From Vibrio cortegadensis (lineage in GTDB: Bacteria; Pseudomonadota; Gammaproteobacteria; Enterobacterales; Vibrionaceae), in contig NZ_AP025472.1 of assembly GCF_024347395.1 (NCBI RefSeq), positions 1,564,465 to 1,604,464 on the forward strand: a stretch of DNA of 40,000 nt, in the 5' to 3' direction. The position numbers and the translations under genes were made by a program. This document shows, piece after piece, positions 1 through 9,507 of this stretch (position 1 is its first letter; every line of letters starts with the position of its first letter). The notes under the pieces were generated by a model. The model was given only the letters and a program-made list of their open reading frames with translations. It ran no database searches and had not been told where the DNA came from.

Positions 1-750
1 AAGGAGCTGTGAGCTCACGACCAAAGTCAGCGAGACGATTAACATTACGGTCGCTAAAGCATTCACCTCTGGGGAAATACCAACTTTAACCATTGAGTAT
101 ATTTTCAATGGTAGAATTTCATATGTAGGCCCAGTAACGAAAGAGCTGATAATCACATCGTCCAATGAGAGCGTAAAACTCAATAGCCAGCCCGCAGCAA
201 CCGCTGGTTTCGCTAATGGCAATATTATCTGTTTAAGGATTGTCCATTCGCTCGCACCAAGGTCTTTTGCTGCTTCTAGCATCTTCACGTCAAATCCATT
301 AAGACGACTATAAACCGTTACTACAACGAAGGGCAGGCAGAATGTGATATGAGCAACCAACAGAGTAAAGAACCCAAGCTGAACACCCATAACCAAAAAC
401 AGAGCCAGTAATGAAATAGCCATCACAATATCTGGCGACATCATTACGATAAATAGCATGGTATTCACGGCACCTTTTCCTCTAAACCGATAGCGAAATA
501 GTGCAACGGCTGTGAGGCTACCAATAATGGTTGCAGCGGTGGCAGAAAAAATCGCAATATTAAGCGAGTGCCATGCGGCTTGCATTAAACTATCGTTATT
601 AACTAAAGCTTCGTACCACTTTGTCGTAAAGCCTCCCCATTTCATACCAAACTTGTTGGCATTAAATGAATTAGCAATGAGCACAATAATTGGCAAATAC
701 AAGAAAGCATAAACCAGCGCCATGAAACTGAATCTAATTGAGCGTCCCAT
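1..750 (-). CDS. potC: Spermidine/putrescine ABC transporter permease PotC (3' end cut by window edge)
   Basis: The minus-strand frame is open from the window edge to the ATG at 750, with a TAATG overlap on the potB stop. My translation starts [30 protein letters not shown] and contains the permease EAA motif ([14 protein letters not shown]). It follows potA-potB in the same operon. Confidence 0.9.
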   Translation of the reverse strand, partial: MGRSIRFSFMALVYAFLYLPIIVLIANSFNANKFGMKWGGFTTKWYEALVNNDSLMQAAWHSLNIAIFSATAATIIGSLTAVALFRYRFRGKGAVNTMLFIVMMSPDIVMAISLLALFLVMGVQLGFFTLLVAHITFCLPFVVVTVYSRLNGFDVKMLEAAKDLGASEWTILKQIILPLAKPAVAAGWLLSFTLSLDDVIISSFVTGPTYEILPLKIYSMVKVGISPEVNALATVMLIVSLTLVVSSQLL

Positions 751-1610
751 TAGTCAAGCTCCACATTTCTGTTCATCATTTTACCTGCACGATAATAAGC
801 ATATAACATCACCGCCATCGCTGCGGTAAGGGCAATACTCGTCGCAGCACCGAATGGCCAATCTCTTGCATTCAATACTTGACTCTTGATTACGTTACCG
901 ATCAGTAAGTTTTTCGCTCCGCCTAATAAATCGGCAATATAGAACATGCCTAATGCTGGAAGCAGAACCAAAAGACACCCACCGATGATTCCCGGCATCG
1001 TTAATGGCAAAACGACTTTAATCAAGGTTTGAAGCTTGTTAGCACCAAGATCTTTTGCTGCTTCGATGTATGTATTGTCCAATTTTTCAATCGCAGAGTA
1101 GAGCGGTAAAATCATAAAAGGCAGTAGAATATAAACTAAACCTATCATGACCGCTGTCTCTGTATACATAAGACGAATTGGCTTCTCTATGATGTCCATG
1201 GCAATAAGGCTTTTATTTAAGATGCCTTGTGTACCAAGAACGATTTTCAAACCGTAAGTACGAATCAGTGAGTTTGTCCAAAAGGGAACAATCACTAAAA
1301 ACAACATAATTGGTCGCCATTTTGCGGGCATTTTTGCCACAATATAAGCAAATGGATAACCTATGAAAAGACACAACAACGTCGCAACGATAGCCATATA
1401 AAAGGAATGCCATAGCACTTTAATATATAGCGGATCCATTAAACGCAAATAGTTATCGAAGGTGAATGTCATCTCGATAAGATTAGCTTCATCGCGGGTT
1501 AAAAAACTCGTTCCAATAATCATTATGTTAGGGATCATGACGAACAGAACTAACCAACTAACGATTACAGTGATGATTATTTTTTGAAGATTAAATGTCT
1601 TGCTCATCAT
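750..1610 (-). CDS. potB: Spermidine/putrescine ABC transporter permease PotB
   Basis: 286-aa multi-pass membrane protein with an EAA loop ([14 protein letters not shown]). It overlaps the potA stop and the potC start, which is the typical potABC order. Confidence 0.9.
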   Translation of the reverse strand: MMSKTFNLQKIIITVIVSWLVLFVMIPNIMIIGTSFLTRDEANLIEMTFTFDNYLRLMDPLYIKVLWHSFYMAIVATLLCLFIGYPFAYIVAKMPAKWRPIMLFLVIVPFWTNSLIRTYGLKIVLGTQGILNKSLIAMDIIEKPIRLMYTETAVMIGLVYILLPFMILPLYSAIEKLDNTYIEAAKDLGANKLQTLIKVVLPLTMPGIIGGCLLVLLPALGMFYIADLLGGAKNLLIGNVIKSQVLNARDWPFGAATSIALTAAMAVMLYAYYRAGKMMNRNVELD

Positions 1611-2709
1611 CGCTTAATACCACTTCCCAGCTTTCAACCCAAGTAACGGCAACTTTTTGACCTAATGAGTGATCCACATCTGGATCATCTTCATTGAAGA
1701 ATTCGCTAACCATGACACGCATACCTGATTCTAATTCAACAACCGAATCTAAAGTCATACCTTTATATGTTCGATCTCGAACATGACCAACAATGCCGCG
1801 CTGCTCGTTCTCTTTTATCTCTTCGAGACGCAAATCTTCAGGGCGAAGTAATACTTGCAGTTTATCACCCTCATTAACCGCTAAGTCATGATAAACAACG
1901 GCTTCAGTGCCTTCGATATTCGCTAATATTCTCTTTTCATCAACACGCTTAACTGTGGTGGCATTGAAGACATTAATCTCACCAATGAAGCGAGCAACAA
2001 ATAGGTTCTTAGGCTCTTCGTAAATTTCACGAGGTGTGCCATCTTGCTCTATCACGCCATCACGCATAACAATGATACGATCAGACATAGATAGCGCTTC
2101 TTCTTGATCGTGAGTGACAAAAATAAACGTGATACCAAGTTTACGTTGCAACTGCTTTAACTCAATTTGCATCTGTTTACGCAATTTGTAATCTAATGCA
2201 GAAAGAGACTCATCTAATAAAAGAACCTTTGGCTTGTTCACCACAGCACGCGCAATCGCGACACGCTGCTGTTGTCCACCAGACAGTTGATGAGGTTTAC
2301 GTTGAGCCATACTGTCTAAACGCACCATTCGTAATGATTCCATCACACGTGGTTCGATATCATCCTTAGCGACTTTTTGCATACGTAACCCGAAAGCCAC
2401 GTTTTCAAATACAGTCATATGCGGAAAAAGAGCATAGCTTTGGAATACAGTATTAACGTGCCTTTGCTCAGCAGGAACATCAGTAACATCCTGATCTTCT
2501 AACAAAATAGTTCCTGTATCGGCAGTTTCGAACCCTGCAATCATCCTCAACACGGTTGTTTTTCCACAACCAGAAGGACCCAATATGGTAAGAAACTCAC
2601 CATGATTGACGTTTAAACTAAGATTTCCGATGATCTCTTTATCATCAAAACTTTTGCTAATACCCGTTAATTGAATAACTGGTTTATCTACTGTTTGTTT
2701 GGCGTTCAA
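1591..2709 (-). CDS. potA: Spermidine/putrescine ABC transporter ATPase PotA
   Basis: 372 aa with Walker [13 protein letters not shown] signature [14 protein letters not shown] and Walker B LLLDE. The C-terminal regulatory domain is typical of PotA. Confidence 0.92.
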   Translation of the reverse strand: MNAKQTVDKPVIQLTGISKSFDDKEIIGNLSLNVNHGEFLTILGPSGCGKTTVLRMIAGFETADTGTILLEDQDVTDVPAEQRHVNTVFQSYALFPHMTVFENVAFGLRMQKVAKDDIEPRVMESLRMVRLDSMAQRKPHQLSGGQQQRVAIARAVVNKPKVLLLDESLSALDYKLRKQMQIELKQLQRKLGITFIFVTHDQEEALSMSDRIIVMRDGVIEQDGTPREIYEEPKNLFVARFIGEINVFNATTVKRVDEKRILANIEGTEAVVYHDLAVNEGDKLQVLLRPEDLRLEEIKENEQRGIVGHVRDRTYKGMTLDSVVELESGMRVMVSEFFNEDDPDVDHSLGQKVAVTWVESWEVVLSDDEQDI

Positions 2710-3034
2710 CGTATCTCTATCTCCACCTTGGTCAAAATCTATGACCGATTGCTATACACTTTGAGGCGCGCATCATAATCACCAAAAGTGTGAATTCAAA
2801 GCATTTTCTTATCTTGAAACACAAAAAATTTTGCAGGTAAAAGTAAATATTACTTACCATACTGATTCGATTAAGGTTTCAAACCATATTAGTGGCTAAT
2901 TATCGAACAAATAGACAATAAATCAAGCGCATCATAGCGTTCTGATTTTAGTGTTAGTAACATTTACGTATAATGGTACTAATTTTTATCAACAAGTTAG
3001 GTAGCTTCACAAGAAGACTAACCTAGGAAAAGAT

Positions 3035-3841
3035 ATGAACAACGATATCGAAGAAGATTTCAATTTAGGCGGTAGTGTAGAACGCGCGCTTTCAGGTAAG
3101 TATGATTTGAATGTGGGAGCGGTGCTTCAAGAGGCATGGAAATACACAATCAGACACTTTCTCTCATTTTCACCAGCGATAATTATTCTACTGTTAGTAC
3201 AGATCGGTATTTTTTATATCGCGTTAAAACTGCAACTAGGCGAACCAGGCATGATATTGGATGCCATTCAGAACCCGGAATTATTTAATGCGGCGATTGT
3301 CGAGTCTATTTTTGTGGCTAACTTTAGCTACGAAGTGGTCAGCGCCCCGATTTATGCGGGGGTCAGTCTAATGGCAATGAGTCATATTGCTGGCTTACAA
3401 ACTAAGCCTCGCCATATATCCAAAGGCTTACAATTTACAATTCCAGTGATTCTAGCAACACTGTTTAGCCTGATGTTGCAAGGTGTCGCAGGAATGATTA
3501 TCCCATTTCTTTCAATGTACTTATCCATTGCATTTAGTAACTCTATCCTGTTGATTTGTGAGAAACGTGTTTCTCCGATGCAGTCTTTGTTGCTTTCTCT
3601 ACGTGCAGTGAATAAAAAAATCCTACAAGTTACCGCACTCTACATGGTAGTGATGATGATGTTTGTCATTGCAGCAATGTTTTATGGCATTGGATTGATC
3701 TTCGTTCTTCCTTTCTTTTTCCACGTTAAAGGCATTATTTATCGTGAAATGTTTGGTATTAAGCTAAAAATAGTCGCTTCAGATCGACCGAACAAAAACG
3801 ACGATGATAACGACAACGACCCTCAGGTGTTTAATGCGTAA
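3035..3841 (+). CDS. Multi-pass inner-membrane protein of unknown function with an acidic Asp/Asn tail
   Basis: 268-aa ORF with several long hydrophobic segments. Its stop overlaps the next gene start by 8 nt (ATGCGTAA). I do not recognise a family. Confidence 0.6.
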   Translation: MNNDIEEDFNLGGSVERALSGKYDLNVGAVLQEAWKYTIRHFLSFSPAIIILLLVQIGIFYIALKLQLGEPGMILDAIQNPELFNAAIVESIFVANFSYEVVSAPIYAGVSLMAMSHIAGLQTKPRHISKGLQFTIPVILATLFSLMLQGVAGMIIPFLSMYLSIAFSNSILLICEKRVSPMQSLLLSLRAVNKKILQVTALYMVVMMMFVIAAMFYGIGLIFVLPFFFHVKGIIYREMFGIKLKIVASDRPNKNDDDNDNDPQVFNA

Positions 3842-4664
3842 AAAAATTGGCTTGGCTGCCGTTAGCCTTATTGCAGGTTGTAGCCTGTTTATCGCCCAAC
3901 AAAATAGAGTTGAAGTCGAGGAACAAAAAGCTCAAGCAGAGAGAGCAAACAAAAACTCAAAAAGTGATATTTCATTATCGTATCTTCCGTCAGGGCTCCC
4001 GGATTTCGCAGCATTGAGCAATGCTAAAGAGAAGAAAGAGGCGTTTTTTGATTTTATGCGACCTGGTGTCATGATCGAAAATAGTCGCATTGAAAAAGAA
4101 CGTACCTTTTTGACAACCTTAGGAAAAGGCGTTGCAGAAGGTGAGGTAGATTCTGAACAACTTGATTACGCTCAACGTTTAGGGAAACTATATAGTTACC
4201 CTGTCACTAAATCCAGCGTCAATCAAAAATGGTTAGATGAGATGCTACTTAGAGTCAACGTTCTTCCTGAAGCATTAGTATTAACGCAAGCAGCTAATGA
4301 GTCGGCATGGGGAACCTCTCGTTTCGCCACTAGCGCAAACAACTTCTTTGGACAATGGTGTTACACAAAAGGTTGTGGCGTTGTGCCTTTAAAACGCTCA
4401 GGAGAGGCTACGCACGAAGTAGCAAAGTTCAGCTCGGTACAAGAGTCTATTCACCGATACTTTATGAATGTGAATCGAAATGCAGCTTATAAAGAGTTAC
4501 GTATAATACGCGCAGATCGTTTGGAAAAAGGAGAGAACTTACTTTCGGAGCAAACAGCAACCGCACTGACTAATGGTTTACTTAAATACTCGGAAAGAGG
4601 CCAAAGTTATGTTGATGATTTACAAGCGATGATCCGTCACAACAAATCGTTTTGGTCACAATAG
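3834..4664 (+). CDS. bax: Bax-like lipoprotein with a glucosaminidase (FlgJ-type) domain
   Basis: Start reassigned to MRKKIGLAAVSLIAGCS (lipobox LIAGC). The segment ANESAWGTSRFATSANNFFGQWCY...GCGVVP...THEVAKFSSVQESI closely resembles E. coli Bax as I remember it. Confidence 0.8.
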   Translation: MRKKIGLAAVSLIAGCSLFIAQQNRVEVEEQKAQAERANKNSKSDISLSYLPSGLPDFAALSNAKEKKEAFFDFMRPGVMIENSRIEKERTFLTTLGKGVAEGEVDSEQLDYAQRLGKLYSYPVTKSSVNQKWLDEMLLRVNVLPEALVLTQAANESAWGTSRFATSANNFFGQWCYTKGCGVVPLKRSGEATHEVAKFSSVQESIHRYFMNVNRNAAYKELRIIRADRLEKGENLLSEQTATALTNGLLKYSERGQSYVDDLQAMIRHNKSFWSQ

Positions 4665-4737
4665 AAGTAACTCTTCAATGATAGACTTACTTGTTGCTTT
4701 GACTTACAGCCTTTAATTTTATAAGAATTGAATAATA

Positions 4738-5400
4738 ATGAAAAAATTACCGCTCGCACTAATTGGATTGTTTCTTGGAATATCTGTCAGTACCGCTCAC
4801 GCTCAAGAGTACATGTTTACTTATTCAAAGCTTTATAGCCAAATAAAGAATAATAATAAAGAGGGGCATGACGATGTTAAAGTCGGAGTGTTCTTTGTTG
4901 ATGCTGATACAAAGAAAATCTGTACGATTGACAAAGCTTGGATGGAGAAAGAAGAGCATTATGAAGAGTTCGTCATTCCAAGTTCGAATGAATTACCGAT
5001 CCCTTTTGATATGAACTTGAAATCAGCTAATCCATTAGTTTTCGTACAGACAGAGGAAAGTGTTCAGTGCGATTATTCATTGGTTGTGATGACTAAGAAA
5101 CCGCTAGAAGGCCGAGTTAATTACGCGCAAGTTGAACAATTATTACCTCAAATGCAAGTGATGCTTGAAGACTTAGGCGGCATGTTTGCCAGTTGGTTTA
5201 CGCCGGAAGTTCAAGGGTTAACACTTGAATTCTCAAACAACATTAATGGTCATATCAACGTATCAAATGGAAAAGTGATTCCTATTGAAAACGGAAAAGC
5301 GGCTATTACGTTGAATGATATTCCACAAGATGGCTATTTGACTTTGCCTCAAGAGACCTTGCGTGTGCTTCCTTATTTACCCTCAGCGACACAAGAATAA
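4738..5400 (+). CDS. Exported hypothetical protein
   Basis: 220 aa with a clear Sec signal peptide (MKKLPLALIGLFLGISVSTAHA/QE). No motif recognised. Confidence 0.6.
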   Translation: MKKLPLALIGLFLGISVSTAHAQEYMFTYSKLYSQIKNNNKEGHDDVKVGVFFVDADTKKICTIDKAWMEKEEHYEEFVIPSSNELPIPFDMNLKSANPLVFVQTEESVQCDYSLVVMTKKPLEGRVNYAQVEQLLPQMQVMLEDLGGMFASWFTPEVQGLTLEFSNNINGHINVSNGKVIPIENGKAAITLNDIPQDGYLTLPQETLRVLPYLPSATQE

Positions 5401-5661
5401 GACAGTACTAAGATAGCAGTACAAAGATAAAGCAGCACTAGCCGGGTCAGGTTAAAGGCCCGGTTAAATAAAGTAATAACCTATCTCCTCGCATATTTAA
5501 ACGTCCTGATAATTTCATCTTACTTCCGCCACTCAAGTTGTTAACTTCAGTTTTGTTGATCTGAGTATTCCATGATTCATTAAAACTCCGTATAATCGCC
5601 GCCCTAAATTGAATCCAACATAACATCAACGTCGATTTTATCGATGGTATGAGAACTCGCA

Positions 5662-6555
5662 ATGAATCAAACAGATAGCCAAAAAGATAACGTAGAATTT
5701 AACAAACTTGAGAAGCGTTTACGCCGTAATGTAGGTAATGCGATCATCGACTACAACATGATTGAAGAAAATGACGTTGTAATGGCATGCATTAGTGGTG
5801 GTAAAGATTCATTTGCGATGTTGGATATTTTGCTAAGACTTCAAAAAGCAGCTCCAGTGAAGTTTAACGTTGTTGCGGTGAATTTAGACCAAAAACAGCC
5901 AGGCTTCCCTGAGCATGTTTTGCCTGAATATTTCGAGAGTCTTGGTATTGATTACTATATTGTCGACAAAGATACTTACTCCGTTGTAAAAGAGAAAATC
6001 GAAGAAGGCAAAACGACATGTGGACTTTGTTCTCGTTTACGTCGTGGTACTCTTTATTCATTTGCAGAGAAAATTGGCGCGACTAAAATTGCATTAGGTC
6101 ACCATCTAGATGACATCGTTGAAACTATGTTCTTAAACATGTTCCATGGTGCTCGTTTAAAAGCGATGCCACCTAAGCTTCGTTCAGATGATGGTCGTAA
6201 CGTTGTTATTCGCCCTTTGACCTACTGCCGAGAAAAAGACTTAATTCAGTACGCAGAGCACCAACAGTTTCCGATTATTCCTTGCAACCTTTGTGGCTCA
6301 CAAGAAAATCTTCAACGTCAAAGCATTAAAGCGATGCTTATTGATTGGGATAAGAAAACACCTGGCCGAGTTAATCAGATTTTCAAATCTCTACAAAACA
6401 TTAGCCCAAGCCAGCTAGCGGATAAAGAGCTGTTCGATTTTGTGAATTTACCTCTTGATCGTAGCACTGAAAAACCAGAGTACCTATTTAACGAAGAGAC
6501 TATTTCTTCAACGAATATTGACGAATCTATGTATATCAATGTTGCTAATATCTAG
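5662..6555 (+). CDS. ttcA: tRNA 2-thiocytidine(32) synthetase TtcA
   Basis: 297 aa with the PP-loop motif CISGGKDS and cysteine motifs [10 protein letters not shown] and CNLCGSQ, all characteristic of TtcA. Confidence 0.9.
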   Translation: MNQTDSQKDNVEFNKLEKRLRRNVGNAIIDYNMIEENDVVMACISGGKDSFAMLDILLRLQKAAPVKFNVVAVNLDQKQPGFPEHVLPEYFESLGIDYYIVDKDTYSVVKEKIEEGKTTCGLCSRLRRGTLYSFAEKIGATKIALGHHLDDIVETMFLNMFHGARLKAMPPKLRSDDGRNVVIRPLTYCREKDLIQYAEHQQFPIIPCNLCGSQENLQRQSIKAMLIDWDKKTPGRVNQIFKSLQNISPSQLADKELFDFVNLPLDRSTEKPEYLFNEETISSTNIDESMYINVANI

Positions 6556-6621
6556 CGTTCTCTAGTAGGCGCTATAAACTTTAGCCCTTAGACGAACAAG
6601 CTGAATAAAGCGCTACAAAAA

Positions 6622-6654
6622 AGCCCCAACTTAAAATCAAGCTGGGGCTTTTTA
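6622..6654. terminator. Bidirectional intrinsic terminator between ttcA and uspE
   Basis: AGCCCCA...TGGGGCT stem, flanked by an A-run on the left and a T-run on the right, between convergent genes. Confidence 0.7.
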
Positions 6655-6698
6655 TTTATACTGAAAAACAGTCAGTCTTGCGAGAAATCCAATCCTAA

Positions 6699-7646
6699 TT
6701 ACGCGGTTTGGCTAGGATCTAAAGGGCTAACATAACCTTTTGGTTTTAACGCAAGAACATCACAATTTATCTTATCGATCACATGCTCTGCGGTGTTACC
6801 GATAAATACAGCAGAGAGTCCCGTTCTTCCCGTTGTTCCTAAAATAACCATTGCGGCATTCAATTTGCTCGCCGTTTCAGGAATGATGTCTTCAGGTAAC
6901 CCTTGCTCTACAACGGTGAACTCTTCGTCAATGCCATGCTTCTGTCTTAAGGCTTTCATCGATGTTAAGTGATGCCCACGCACAGCATCGGTGTAGGTTG
7001 CAGGGTCGAATTCAGGCAGCTCGATAGTGATATTTGCTGGCGTGACTGGGTAAGCATTCACCAAGTAGGGCGTAGCACCCAATCGCTCACTCAAATTCTT
7101 GACCTGCTCAACCATGCAATCATTGAGATCAAGGTGAGTATCATTTTCTGAACCAACGTGAACCGATGCAAGAATGTTGGGGTTGTCAGGCCAATCAGAG
7201 TTTTTAATCAGCAAGACAGGGCACGGCGCTTTGCGCAATAAGTGCCAATCAGTAGGAGTGAAAATAACAGATTCTAGAATATCGTGCTTACGCGTCCCTT
7301 TAATCAAAATGTCATGACCACCACCGAACACTTCCGCAATAATGGCTTCATAAGGCCTATTGTGCCAAACCACTTTGACGGAAAACTCTATTGAGTCATC
7401 AATATATTGCGCAGCAACTTTTGTCATCCACTGTTCACGTTGATGGATCACGCCACGTCGCATTGCATCACGCTCATCCACAGAAAGCATCGATGTCATC
7501 TCATATGAAAAATCATAAATAGACAGGAAGAACTGAACATGACTTTTGGATTTACTTTTCCGAGCAAGCTGCATCGCTCTGGCAAGGGCAGGCTGCGCAT
7601 CATGATTAATGTCAGCAACAACTAAGATTTTATTGTAAATACTCAT
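6699..7646 (-). CDS. uspE: Universal stress protein E (tandem Usp domains)
   Basis: Start moved to MSIYNKILVVAD (ATG at 7646, GGGAG RBS upstream). Both halves look Usp-like (VLGTTGRTGLSAVFIGNTAEHVI at the C-terminus). It sits next to fnr, as in other gamma-proteobacteria. Confidence 0.85.
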   Translation of the reverse strand: MSIYNKILVVADINHDAQPALARAMQLARKSKSKSHVQFFLSIYDFSYEMTSMLSVDERDAMRRGVIHQREQWMTKVAAQYIDDSIEFSVKVVWHNRPYEAIIAEVFGGGHDILIKGTRKHDILESVIFTPTDWHLLRKAPCPVLLIKNSDWPDNPNILASVHVGSENDTHLDLNDCMVEQVKNLSERLGATPYLVNAYPVTPANITIELPEFDPATYTDAVRGHHLTSMKALRQKHGIDEEFTVVEQGLPEDIIPETASKLNAAMVILGTTGRTGLSAVFIGNTAEHVIDKINCDVLALKPKGYVSPLDPSQTA

Positions 7647-7740
7647 AGAAACTCCCACTAATTGGAGTAGAACCATATGGTTACTGTAGCGTAGTTCTTA
7701 CGAGATTATTAGGAAAACAGAGGGAATTTGGTGAGAAAAT

Positions 7741-7768
7741 TGATGTAGCTCATCTTCGAGCTACATCA
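7741..7768 (-). terminator. Intrinsic terminator downstream of fnr
   Basis: 11-bp perfect stem TGATGTAGCTC/GAGCTACATCA with a 6-nt loop, followed on the minus strand by AATTTT. Confidence 0.65.
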
Positions 7769-7780
7769 TAGAATTGGCTG

Positions 7781-8527
7781 TTACTCTTTTGAAACACCAG
7801 CAAGTTCCATCAAAGCATCATGATCGATGATCGTAATGTACTTACCTTTAACACTTAAAATATCCGACTTTTGGAAGCGTCCAAGCAGGCGGCTAATGGT
7901 TTCAACGGTCAAGCCAAGGTAGTTACCAATATCACCGCGAGTCATTGTTAAGCGAAACTCTCGTGGGCTAAAGCCACGTTGAGAGAAACGAGTAGAAAGA
8001 TTGTAAAGGAAAGCGGCAAGACGCTCTTCTGCATTCTTTTTAGAAAGAAGCAAAATCATTTCTTGATCACCTTTAATCTCGTTACTCATGAGTCGCATGA
8101 TCTGTTGGCGCAACTTAGGCATTTTACCTGATAGATCATCTAGAATTTCGTATGGGATTTCACAAACCATCGATGTTTCTAGAGCTTGAGCAAAACTTGG
8201 GTGCGCATCATCAGTGATTGCGTCGAAACCGACCAAATCGCCAGCTAAATGAAAAGCAGTGATTTGTTCATCACCTTGCTCAGTTATCGTATAGCTTTTG
8301 ATTGTACCCGAGCGTATTGCGTACAACGATTTAAGCTCATCCCCAGCTTTAAAAAGCTCTTGGCTTTTCTGAATTGGTTTCTTGCGTTCAATAATTTGAT
8401 CAAGTTGATCAAGTTCTGATTCATTCAGTGTAAACGGAATACACAGCTGACTAATACTGCAATCCTGACAGTGAATTGCACATCCACCAGACTGAATACG
8501 TTTCGTCGCAGGTTTTTCAGAAATCAT
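7781..8527 (-). CDS. fnr: Oxygen-sensing transcription factor FNR (CRP/FNR family)
   Basis: 248 aa. It has the N-terminal Fe-S cysteine cluster [14 protein letters not shown], a cNMP-like domain, and the C-terminal [28 protein letters not shown]. Confidence 0.93.
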   Translation of the reverse strand: MISEKPATKRIQSGGCAIHCQDCSISQLCIPFTLNESELDQLDQIIERKKPIQKSQELFKAGDELKSLYAIRSGTIKSYTITEQGDEQITAFHLAGDLVGFDAITDDAHPSFAQALETSMVCEIPYEILDDLSGKMPKLRQQIMRLMSNEIKGDQEMILLLSKKNAEERLAAFLYNLSTRFSQRGFSPREFRLTMTRGDIGNYLGLTVETISRLLGRFQKSDILSVKGKYITIIDHDALMELAGVSKE

Positions 8528-8614
8528 AATAACCTTTCACTATTTGATATACGTCAATATTTTAGCATCCATTACTACCAAAGGGTAGCAAAAAAGGCAC
8601 TTTTCAGCGTTCTG

Positions 8615-9295
8615 TCATACGGTAAACGCGAGGATATTGATAGTATTAATAGCAGTATACAGCCCGTAAGCTAGGATCATTAAGGCACCAACATTGCGGA
8701 AAGTAGGGGATTGCTGAATAGTTTTAAGGTAAGACGCCCCAATACCGACGAGCAACATCGCAGGTAAAGTACCCAGTCCAAAAGAGAGCATGATGATAGC
8801 GCCATCAAAGGCACTCCCAGACACCGCAGACCAAGTAAGAGTTGAATAAACCAACCCACAAGGTAGCCAACCCCATATAAAGCCAAACGGCAGTGCATGC
8901 ACCGAAGACTTCAATGGCAACAATGACTTACCTGCAGGGGAGATGAATTTCCATAATTTTTGGCCCAACTTCTCAATCACCAATAGCCCATGCCACCAAC
9001 GACCGATATAAAAGGCCAACAAAATCATGAAAATCGCGGCTAAAAATCTTAACCAAACTAGCCCATGATTGATATCCGTTAAATTGGTTAGGCTAGATAC
9101 CGTCCCGCCAATTAGAGCTCCGATAAGGGTGTAACTGAGCAAACGGCCAATATTATAAAAAATGGGAATTGTGAATCGATGTGAAGAATTATTACTGGAT
9201 ATCGACAGCATGGAAGCTATACCACCGCACATCCCCATACAATGACCAGCACCAATCAAACCGATAGCAAAAGCAGCAAGCCAATCAGGCGCCAT
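8615..9295 (-). CDS. DsbD_2 / TauE-SafE-like membrane protein associated with ccoIS
   Basis: 226-aa polytopic membrane protein with GAGHCMGMCGG near the N-terminus. It overlaps the ccoS stop by 11 nt, suggesting co-transcription. Confidence 0.65.
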   Translation of the reverse strand: MAPDWLAAFAIGLIGAGHCMGMCGGIASMLSISSNNSSHRFTIPIFYNIGRLLSYTLIGALIGGTVSSLTNLTDINHGLVWLRFLAAIFMILLAFYIGRWWHGLLVIEKLGQKLWKFISPAGKSLLPLKSSVHALPFGFIWGWLPCGLVYSTLTWSAVSGSAFDGAIIMLSFGLGTLPAMLLVGIGASYLKTIQQSPTFRNVGALMILAYGLYTAINTINILAFTV

Positions 9296-9506
9296 TTTTA
9301 TCTCCTGATCCTGGATGGTTTGACGCTACTTCGTCTAGTTTTTTTGATTCCTCTTTCGTTTTTGGTAAATCTTCGTCAAATAAAATACTGTGCCCCTGAC
9401 GCTCTAAGTCTTCGAATTGTTCGCTTTTCACCGCCCAAAGAAAAATAGCAACGGCGATACAAACCAAAACGATGGCTATGGGGATAAGAATATAAAGGCT
9501 TTCCAT
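9285..9506 (-). CDS. ccoS: cbb3 oxidase maturation protein CcoS/FixS
   Basis: 73 aa with a single N-terminal TM (MESLYILIPIAIVLVCIAVAIFLWAVKSEQFEDLE). It lies immediately after ccoI. Confidence 0.85.
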   Translation of the reverse strand: MESLYILIPIAIVLVCIAVAIFLWAVKSEQFEDLERQGHSILFDEDLPKTKEESKKLDEVASNHPGSGDKNGA

Positions 9507-9507
9507 C

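Noticed and set aside
512-712. 66-aa plus-strand ORF
   Set aside because: It lies entirely antisense within the well-supported potC coding frame. Shadow ORF.
1213-1413. 66-aa minus-strand ORF inside potB in another frame
   Set aside because: It is nested in the potB gene, which has clear ABC-permease features. There is no independent support.
5447-5662. 71-aa minus-strand ORF upstream of ttcA
   Set aside because: It occupies the ttcA promoter/leader region, has no RBS or recognisable features, and has low-complexity composition.
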